Made by a program: the position numbers and the translations under genes
Notes under the pieces: model-generated
Told to the model about the DNA's origin: nothing
Databases searched by the model: none
The model's input: the letters and a program-made list of their open reading frames with translations, nothing else
Assembly (NCBI GenBank): GCA_016215405.1
Contig: JACRJQ010000007.1
Location: 71,297 to 135,296 of the forward strand
Source: Candidatus Tayloriibacteriota bacterium
GTDB taxonomy: Bacteria; Patescibacteriota; Minisyncoccia; Phycocordibacterales; UBA6065
Direction of reading: 5' to 3'
DNA: 64,000 nt
Part shown: in pieces, positions 57,650-64,000 of the stretch
Numbering within the stretch: position 1 is the first letter of the stretch
Layout of the letters: each line of letters begins with the position of its first letter

Positions 57650-58258
57650 TTATTCGAGAATACCGTCGAGATTGACGTCGTAGATGATCTTTTCTTGGAC
57701 GTGCTTGTAATCGACGATCTCCCCTTTCGAGAACCAATGAGGGATCTCCTGCTCGGCCTCCTTGGGCGAACCGGAGGCGTGGATGAGGTTTCGCACCGAG
57801 CGGCCGTCGGAATCCGCCATCCTGTATGAATCGAGGACGAAATCCCCGCGGATCGTCCCGACATCCGACGAGAGAGGCTCCGTCGAGCCTACGAGCTTGC
57901 GCACGACCTCCACCGAGTGTGCGCCCTCGAGGACCAAGGCGACGACCGGCCCGGACGTCATGTATTTCTTGAGCTTCGCGAGGATGACTTCGGTGACCTT
58001 TATCGGATCTTCGCTTACCGGATGCTTGAGGCCCTTATCGGCATAGGACTTTATCGTCTTTTCGCCCGTGATCCTCCGCCACTCTGGATCGAGCGTATAG
58101 TGCTTTTCTACGAAATCGGACGAGAGGACCATCATCTTCGTCGCGACGACCTTAAGGCCGATCCTCTCGAACCGCCCGATGATCTCGCCTATGAGGCCTC
58201 TCTGAACTCCGTCGGGCTTTATGACCGCGAGCGTTCGCTCTTGTTTTGGATGCTTCAT
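57650..58258 (-). CDS. ndk: nucleoside diphosphate kinase (long form with insertions)
   Basis: LAVIKPDGVQRGLIGEII and NLIHASGS (active His) motifs; 202 aa versus the usual about 140. Confidence 0.85.
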   Translation of the reverse strand: MKHPKQERTLAVIKPDGVQRGLIGEIIGRFERIGLKVVATKMMVLSSDFVEKHYTLDPEWRRITGEKTIKSYADKGLKHPVSEDPIKVTEVILAKLKKYMTSGPVVALVLEGAHSVEVVRKLVGSTEPLSSDVGTIRGDFVLDSYRMADSDGRSVRNLIHASGSPKEAEQEIPHWFSKGEIVDYKHVQEKIIYDVNLDGILE

Positions 58259-58332
58259 CCGTGCTCGAAGCAGGTCCCGCTCGTACGCCGACTGAGCTTT
58301 ACTGCCTCTCGGAAATTAGGGATATGCGGCTA

Positions 58333-59106
58333 TTATAGCGCAGTCAGGACTTCGCACCCTCTTTCGGTGACGACGACCGTGTGTTCGAAATGCGCGCTGC
58401 GCTTACCGTCCCTCGTCCTGTATGTGTATCCGTCCTTGTCGAGGACGACCTTGGCGGAGCCTTCGTTCACGATAGGCTCGATAGCTATGACCATGCCCGG
58501 GACGAGAGGCTCTCCCTCGCCGGCCCTGCCGTAGTTGGGCACGAACGGGTCTTCATGGACCTTGTAGCCTACTCCGTGGCCCGCGAGCTCGTCGACGATG
58601 GTGAGGCCGAACGATCTCACGTGCGCCTCGACCGCTTCGCCTATGTGACCTGTCGTATGCCCCGGCTTTACCGCCTGTATACCCTTTGCGAGAGCCTCCC
58701 TCGTAGCCTGTAGGAGGGTCTGCGCCGCTTTGTCTATCTTTCCCACCGGCACGGTCACGGCCGCGTCGGTTATGAGGCCCTTATGGACGAGGCCGAGGTC
58801 GAGAGTCACCGTGTCCCCTTCCTTGAGAATCACAGGATCCTCGTTCGGGATGCCGTGCACCACCGCGTCGTTCACGGATATGCAGATCGAGGCCGGATAG
58901 GGCCTCTTGGCGCCGCGCGGACGATATCCGAGGAAAGCAGCCTTATCTCCGCCTTCCGCGATGAGCCGTGCCGTCATATCGTCGAGATCCTTGGTCGAGA
59001 CCCCCGGACGCACAGCCTTCGATACTTCGCTCAATATGAAAGCGTGCCTCTTGCCGCCTTCGCGCAAGACCGCTATGTGCTCTGGAGTCTTAAGCTTTAC
59101 AGCCAT
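58333..59106 (-). CDS. map: type I methionine aminopeptidase
   Basis: 257 aa; metal ligands D..D..H..E..E in conserved context. Confidence 0.9.
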   Translation of the reverse strand: MAVKLKTPEHIAVLREGGKRHAFILSEVSKAVRPGVSTKDLDDMTARLIAEGGDKAAFLGYRPRGAKRPYPASICISVNDAVVHGIPNEDPVILKEGDTVTLDLGLVHKGLITDAAVTVPVGKIDKAAQTLLQATREALAKGIQAVKPGHTTGHIGEAVEAHVRSFGLTIVDELAGHGVGYKVHEDPFVPNYGRAGEGEPLVPGMVIAIEPIVNEGSAKVVLDKDGYTYRTRDGKRSAHFEHTVVVTERGCEVLTAL

Positions 59107-59163
59107 GGCTCAAGATTACCTTTTTGATGCGAAAAAGCCAGCTTCGATGAGCCGGCCTTCGTC

Positions 59164-59757
59164 CTACAATCCGAGCGCCTTGAGGATGTCTGCGTGCACC
59201 TTCTCTACGGTCTGGTGGCCGTCTATCTCAAGGAACCTGCAAGTCGGGCTCTTCTTGAAGTAGTGTACCGACGGCATGACGTCCGTCTCGAACCAGCGGA
59301 GGCGCTCTGCTATCTTTTCGTGCTTATCATCGTGCCTACCCCTCTTTAGGAGCCTGTCTGTCACCTCGGGCACCGGCACGTCGAGAAAGACGATCGAGGG
59401 CTTTTCGCGGGCGTAGAACTGGAGAGCCTGGTCGAGGATAGGCGCCTCGTCCGCCCTGCGGGCGACGCCGTCGAAGACCATATGCTCCTTACCGGTGGCG
59501 ACCTCGCTCATGAGGAGATTCGACCAGGCCCAGATAGGGATCGACGCAGGCATGAGACCGCCCTTGTCCATGATCTCGGCGGTGAGCTTTGCCGTGTGAG
59601 TCCCGTTCGCCTTCATCTTGCGGAGCTCAGCGCCGGTCTCGACATAGACGACGCGATTCGCCGGATCGAGCTCTTTGAGCTTCTTGATAAGGAGCTCCGC
59701 CTGGGTGCCTTTGCCCGAGCCGGAGCGGCCAAAGAATACAGCTGTGATTGGTTTCAT
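59164..59757 (-). CDS. adk: adenylate kinase
   Basis: P-loop GRSGSGKGTQ; secY-adk-map order. Confidence 0.9.
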   Translation of the reverse strand: MKPITAVFFGRSGSGKGTQAELLIKKLKELDPANRVVYVETGAELRKMKANGTHTAKLTAEIMDKGGLMPASIPIWAWSNLLMSEVATGKEHMVFDGVARRADEAPILDQALQFYAREKPSIVFLDVPVPEVTDRLLKRGRHDDKHEKIAERLRWFETDVMPSVHYFKKSPTCRFLEIDGHQTVEKVHADILKALGL

Positions 59758-59865
59758 GCTATCAAGTGTATCCGCAAAACAGAGATTAGAGAATCTTTTG
59801 CAAAACCGCTTTTTATCGTGAAAAGAAAAGCCCGCGCCCTAGGGCGCGGGCTTTTCTTTTGAGGG

Positions 59866-61137
59866 CTAGTACTCCCTCATCGAGAGCTGAGCGTCGAGCT
59901 TCTTTACGACGTCGAGGACGACGGAGACGGCGATGAGGAGGGACGTTCCGCCGATAGCGAGGGTCGTAAGGCCCGTAGCGGTGCGAAGGATGAGCGGAAG
60001 GACCGCGATCACGCCGAGGAAGAGGGCTCCGACGAGGGTTATCCTCGTCACTATCTTCGAGAGATACTCTGCGGTCGACTGTCCCGGGCGCACGCCTGGG
60101 ATGAACGCTCCCGACTTCTGGAGGTTCTCCGAGATCATGTGAGGATCGAAGGTGACCGCCGTGTAGAAGTAAGTGAAGATGAATACGAGGAGGAAGTAGG
60201 CCGAGTTGTAGAGGAGGTGGTTATTGAGGAACGAGAGCCCTACCGAAGAGACGCTCTGGAGGACCTGGTTCGAGGATGCCGCGAAGAAGTTGAATATCAT
60301 CTGAGGGAAGAGGAGGATCGAGAGAGCGAAGATGATAGGGATCACGCCGGCCTGATTGAGGCGGAGCGGGAGATAGGTCGATACGCCGCCGTAGACCTTC
60401 ATGCCGCGGACCTGCTTAGCATAGGTGACAGGGATCGGCCTCTCGGCTTCCGTGATGAATACGACCGCGTAGATAACCGCGAGGGCGAGGGCGATGAGGC
60501 CTATGTACACAGGGAGCTGCGAAGGGTCGTAGGCAGCGAGGGCGCCGGAGACCGCCTGAGGAAGGGACGCTACGATACCGGCGAAGATGATGAGAGACGT
60601 GCCGTTGCCGAGGCCGAACTCGGTGATGAGCTCGCCGATCCACATAAGGAGGGTCGAGCCTGCGGAGATGACGAGGACGTTCATGATGAGGCCGAAGGCG
60701 TCGAGGTCAGGGATGATGCCCTGGCGCTGGAATATGACGATGAAAGAGAAAGCCTGGAGAAGCGCGAGAGGGAATGAGAGGCGCCTCGAATACTGGGCGA
60801 ACTTCGCGCGGCCGGCCTCCCCTTCCTCCTGATACATCGCCTTCATGCGAGGGATCATGATGGTGAGGAGCTGCATGATGATCGAAGCCGTGATGTAAGG
60901 GCCCACGCCGAGCATCACGATAGAGAGGTTAGAGAGCCCTCCTCCCGAGAAGATGTTGAGGAGGCCGAGGAACTGGCTGTTCTCGATGAGGGACGCGAGG
61001 CGGACCACGTCTATGCCCGGGATCGGTATCGCGGCGAGGAGCCTGAACGCGACGAGCGCGAGGACGACGAAGAGTATCCTCTTTCGGAGGCTCTTGTCTC
61101 GGAATGCCTGGGAGATCTTGGCGAAGAATGCGTTCAT
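59866..61137 (-). CDS. secY: preprotein translocase subunit SecY
   Basis: 423 aa, 10 TM. Confidence 0.95.
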   Translation of the reverse strand: MNAFFAKISQAFRDKSLRKRILFVVLALVAFRLLAAIPIPGIDVVRLASLIENSQFLGLLNIFSGGGLSNLSIVMLGVGPYITASIIMQLLTIMIPRMKAMYQEEGEAGRAKFAQYSRRLSFPLALLQAFSFIVIFQRQGIIPDLDAFGLIMNVLVISAGSTLLMWIGELITEFGLGNGTSLIIFAGIVASLPQAVSGALAAYDPSQLPVYIGLIALALAVIYAVVFITEAERPIPVTYAKQVRGMKVYGGVSTYLPLRLNQAGVIPIIFALSILLFPQMIFNFFAASSNQVLQSVSSVGLSFLNNHLLYNSAYFLLVFIFTYFYTAVTFDPHMISENLQKSGAFIPGVRPGQSTAEYLSKIVTRITLVGALFLGVIAVLPLILRTATGLTTLAIGGTSLLIAVSVVLDVVKKLDAQLSMREY

Positions 61138-61239
61138 GTTCTCAGTGTTACTCTCTTGTAAATAAGCCTATAAAATCTATACCCTTTCTAATCTCGTGTC
61201 TATTCGACGAAACATCCCGTTTGAAGCGGGATGTTCGGT

Positions 61240-61680
61240 TTAAGCGTGGACCTTTCCTCCTGCCTTCTCTACCTGAGCCTTTGCAGAAGCCGATATCTCG
61301 ACTCCCGAGACCGTGACCTTCTTGGTGATCTCTCCTGCGAGGACCTTTATCCTCGGAAAGTTCCCTTCGGTCTTCTCTACGAGGCCCTTTTCGACGAGAG
61401 TCGCAGGCTCTACCCTCTCTCCGGCCTTGAAGGCCTTCTCAATCTCTGAGAGCGACACAGGCACCGCGCGAGGGGCGAAGGACTTGAAGGAATTGACTCC
61501 TCGTCCTCGCATCTTCGGGATCCTCTTTATGAAGTCTCGGAGCTCAGGGCGCTTCTTGTTTCCGGCGCGCGCCTTCTGTCCCTTCGTGCCGCGGCCCGAA
61601 GTCTTGCCGCGCTTTCCGCCTCGGCCTACGAGAGGCTTCTTGGCGTTCGGAGTCTTGCGTGCGATGTTGTTGAGTTGCAT
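61240..61680 (-). CDS. rplO: 50S ribosomal protein L15
   Basis: Gly/Lys/Arg-rich N-terminus (GRGGKRGKTSGRGTKGQKAR). Confidence 0.9.
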   Translation of the reverse strand: MQLNNIARKTPNAKKPLVGRGGKRGKTSGRGTKGQKARAGNKKRPELRDFIKRIPKMRGRGVNSFKSFAPRAVPVSLSEIEKAFKAGERVEPATLVEKGLVEKTEGNFPRIKVLAGEITKKVTVSGVEISASAKAQVEKAGGKVHA

Positions 61681-61691
61681 ATTGGTAGCTA

Positions 61692-62327
61692 TTACTTGGA
61701 CTCCTTAGGCGGGCGGACGAGATCGAGGCTCTGGAGGGCCATGATGGTAGCGCGGGCGATGTTGAGCTTGTTCTTCGAAGGCGAGACGATCTTCGCAGCC
61801 ACGTTCTTGAGGCCTGCGAGCTCGAGCACGTTTCGGGCGGACGAGCCTGCTACGAGGCCTCGGTCCTTCACCGGTCGGATGACGACGCGCGCGGAAGAGT
61901 ACTTGGCGAACGACTCGTGAGGGATAGACATGTCCTTGGTCGCATTGACCTTGATCATGTGCTTCTTCGCGTTTCGGGTCGCCTTGTCGATGGCGAGGGC
62001 GGTGTCGCCTCCCTTTCCGAGGCCTACGCCTACCTTGCCTTTCCTGTCGCCCGCTACGAGAGCGACCGAGAACGAGAATCGACGGCCGCCGGACACGGTT
62101 CGAGCGACGCGGCGGATGTTGAGCATGACCGAGTCGAACTCAGGCTTCGCGCGAGGGGCGCGAGAATCTCCTTTTCGAGGGCCGCGGCCGCCGCCTCGGC
62201 CACCCCTGTCTCCGCCTCGAAAGCCTCCGCGATCGGATCGAGGGAGGTCTCCCGGGCCTGGAGCCTGCGCTGCCGGAGCTGGCGCTGCCGTAGGTGCCGT
62301 AACGTTCTTGTTTTCTTCAGGATTCAT
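61692..62327 (-). CDS. rpsE: 30S ribosomal protein S5 with an RGG-rich N-terminal extension
   Basis: Core GRRFSFSVALVAGDRKGKVGVGLGK; about 60-aa N-terminal low-complexity extension. Confidence 0.9.
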   Translation of the reverse strand: MNPEENKNVTAPTAAPAPAAQAPGPGDLPRSDRGGFRGGDRGGRGGGRGPRKGDSRAPRAKPEFDSVMLNIRRVARTVSGGRRFSFSVALVAGDRKGKVGVGLGKGGDTALAIDKATRNAKKHMIKVNATKDMSIPHESFAKYSSARVVIRPVKDRGLVAGSSARNVLELAGLKNVAAKIVSPSKNKLNIARATIMALQSLDLVRPPKESK

Positions 62328-62336
62328 AGTAATTGA

Positions 62337-62684
62337 TTAGAATTTGAGACCGCCTTCTCGCGCGCTCTCGGCAAGGGCCTTTACCCGTCCTCGATAGCCG
62401 AAGCCTCCTCGGTCGAACACGACGGTCGTTATCTTGAGGGCGTGAGCCTTCTCGGCGATCGCCTTTCCGACCTTGGATGCGACCTCTGACTTCTTGCCCT
62501 TCATGTCGAGGGAAGACGCCGACGCGAGGGTGACCGCCTTCGAGTCGTCGATGAGCTGAGCGTACATGAATTTGTTCGAGCGGAATACCGCGAGGCGAGG
62601 CTTCTCTGCCGTGCCCGAGATGCGCGTGCGGATAGCGACGTGCCTTCGTACCCTCTTTATCTTCTTGATGTTTGAGTTAGCCAT
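62337..62684 (-). CDS. rplR: 50S ribosomal protein L18
   Basis: 115 aa; conserved L18 C-terminus. Confidence 0.9.
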   Translation of the reverse strand: MANSNIKKIKRVRRHVAIRTRISGTAEKPRLAVFRSNKFMYAQLIDDSKAVTLASASSLDMKGKKSEVASKVGKAIAEKAHALKITTVVFDRGGFGYRGRVKALAESAREGGLKF

Positions 62685-62700
62685 GGTGATTCTTTAGAGA

Positions 62701-63228
62701 TTACGCGGCCTTCTTGCCCTGCTTCCTGCGGATGACCTCGTTGTCATAGCGGATGCCCTTGCCCTTATAGGGCTCTGGCTTCTTGAGGGCGCGCACCTTC
62801 GAAGCGAACTCGCCCACGAGCTCGTTCGAGACGCCTGTGACCGTGATGACGTTCTTCTCTGCGGTTACCTTGAGCTCCTTTGGTATCTCGACGGAGATAG
62901 GGTGGGAGAAGCCGAGGGAGAGGTCGAGCTTCGCGCCCTTTACGTCGGACTTGAATCCGATACCCTCGATGACGAGCTTCTTCTGGAAGCCTGCCGTCAC
63001 GCCCTTGATCATGTTCTTGAGGTGGGACGCGTAGGTGCCGAGGAGCATGTACGCCTCTGGCCTGTGGAGAAGGACGTTCACCGCGCCGTTCTCTACTTTG
63101 AATTCGATTCCTGGCTTGAAATCGCGGGAGATCTCGCCGAGAGGGCCTTTTACGGACACAGTCTGCCCTGCGACCTTGACCTCGGTCTTCTCAGGGATGA
63201 TTATCGGCTTTTTTGCTACTCGTGACAT
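62701..63228 (-). CDS. rplF: 50S ribosomal protein L6
   Basis: 175 aa; duplicated L6 domains. Confidence 0.9.
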   Translation of the reverse strand: MSRVAKKPIIIPEKTEVKVAGQTVSVKGPLGEISRDFKPGIEFKVENGAVNVLLHRPEAYMLLGTYASHLKNMIKGVTAGFQKKLVIEGIGFKSDVKGAKLDLSLGFSHPISVEIPKELKVTAEKNVITVTGVSNELVGEFASKVRALKKPEPYKGKGIRYDNEVIRRKQGKKAA

Positions 63229-63251
63229 AGGAGTGTGGTTATTAAAAAGTA

Positions 63252-63641
63252 TTACCAGATCTGGAAGAGGACCTCGCCGCCGACCTTTTCCTTTCGCGCC
63301 TCGTCGTCCGAGAGAACGCCCTTCGGAGTGGAGATGAACGTGGAGCCGTAGCCCTGCTTTACCTGGAAGATCTCGGTATAGCCCTTATAGAGCCTCTTCG
63401 AAGGCTTGGATACGCGCTTTACGTCCGTTATGCGGCACTTTCCGTCGTTATAGATAAGGCCGATCTCGAGGGTCTTCTGGATGGCCTTGCCCTTCTTAGC
63501 TGCCGGCTTTACGTAGCCTTTGCGAGCGAGAGCAGAGGCGACCGCCTCGACGAAATTGGTAGCAGGGACCGTGACCGACTCCTTTCGTGAAGCCGATCCG
63601 TTCTTGATGGTCGTTATAAGATTCGAAATTGGGTCTCTCAT
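63252..63641 (-). CDS. rpsH: 30S ribosomal protein S8
   Basis: 129 aa; MRDPISNLITTIKNG N-terminus. Confidence 0.9.
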   Translation of the reverse strand: MRDPISNLITTIKNGSASRKESVTVPATNFVEAVASALARKGYVKPAAKKGKAIQKTLEIGLIYNDGKCRITDVKRVSKPSKRLYKGYTEIFQVKQGYGSTFISTPKGVLSDDEARKEKVGGEVLFQIW

Positions 63642-63714
63642 GTGATTTAGCGTCTAGGGTCGGGCTGTTGCTTTCGTGTATCGCCCCTCCCCTACTGCCT
63701 AAATTAATAATGTT

Positions 63715-63900
63715 CTACCAGGACGATTTCTTTATGCCCGGGATAAGGCCATCGTTCGCGAGCTCCCTAAAGCAGATTCGGCACATACCGAAATCCCTCA
63801 TAAAGCCGTTCTTTCGGCCGCAGCGGAAGCAGCGTCGAACGATCCTCGAAGAGAACTTCGGTTTCTTGTTCGCGCGCGCTATAACTGAGGTTTTTGCCAT
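63715..63900 (-). CDS. rpsN: 30S ribosomal protein S14 type Z (zinc-binding)
   Basis: 61 aa with CxxC...CxxC. Confidence 0.85.
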   Translation of the reverse strand: MAKTSVIARANKKPKFSSRIVRRCFRCGRKNGFMRDFGMCRICFRELANDGLIPGIKKSSW

Positions 63901-64000
63901 TGAATTGCTAAGGGAAAAATAAAAAGCCCTGAAAAAGCTTGTTTGGGCATACTAGCAAACGATTTAAGGGGTGTCAAATATTAGAGCCTGCGCCGCGACG

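Overview
This 64 kb window is high-GC (about 60%), gene-dense bacterial chromosome. The gene content looks like a Candidate Phyla Radiation (Patescibacteria, Parcubacteria-like) organism: ribosomal protein L30 is absent between rpsE and rplO, a large type IV pilus/competence cluster is present, there are many small secreted or membrane hypothetical proteins, and GatCA is present without other amidotransferase genes nearby. This lineage call is an inference.

Core content, left to right:
- A DHH/DHHA1 phosphoesterase, a CapA-family protein, ftsX-ftsE, prfB, tRNA-Thr(GGT) and tRNA-Thr(CGT), and endonuclease V.
- An ECF sigma factor with a putative anti-sigma partner, tRNA-Asp and tRNA-Met/Ile2(CAT), an EEP-family nuclease/phosphatase, and initiator tRNA-fMet.
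- gatC-gatA, then an extended type IV pilus locus (about 14.0-28.3 kb): several pilins and pseudopilins, ligA embedded among them, the prepilin peptidase pilD, pilC, pilT, a CheY-like receiver, pilB, a PilP-like protein, pilO, pilN and pilM. A ComF-family gene lies divergently next to it.
- An accessory-looking stretch (29-34 kb) with hypothetical secreted and membrane proteins, tRNA-Ser(GCT) followed by two perfect 86-bp direct repeats, a tandem pair of paralogous small proteins, and a cysteine-free MutY-like glycosylase.
- A flotillin/NfeD operon with an adjacent 508-aa acidic tandem-repeat protein, recG, a LamG-domain pilin, tRNA-Ile with a UAU anticodon, and ftsH.
- smpB immediately followed by a one-piece tmRNA (ssrA) that encodes the tag ANDFSFAYAIA.
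- A fatty-acid desaturase, PadR-PspC, a ZIP-Fur(Zur)-YibE/F metal cluster, msrB and msrA.
- infC-rpmI-rplT, a beta-CASP MBL-fold ribonuclease, ndk, map, adk, secY, and the rplO-rpsE-rplR-rplF-rpsH-rpsN(Z) block.

The most unusual, unexplained signal is a recurrent structured element on the 3' side of tRNA and tmRNA genes. It consists of a long perfect hairpin that incorporates the acceptor 3' strand, followed by an antisense (mirror) copy of the same gene's acceptor 3' strand and T-arm, itself interrupted by a second hairpin. It occurs at five loci: tRNA-Thr(CGT), tRNA-Asp, tRNA-fMet, tRNA-Ser (where the mirror element is duplicated as perfect 86-bp repeats) and tmRNA.

Many long ORFs in the six-frame track lie antisense to, or in an alternate frame of, real genes; these are high-GC artefacts and are listed as rejected.
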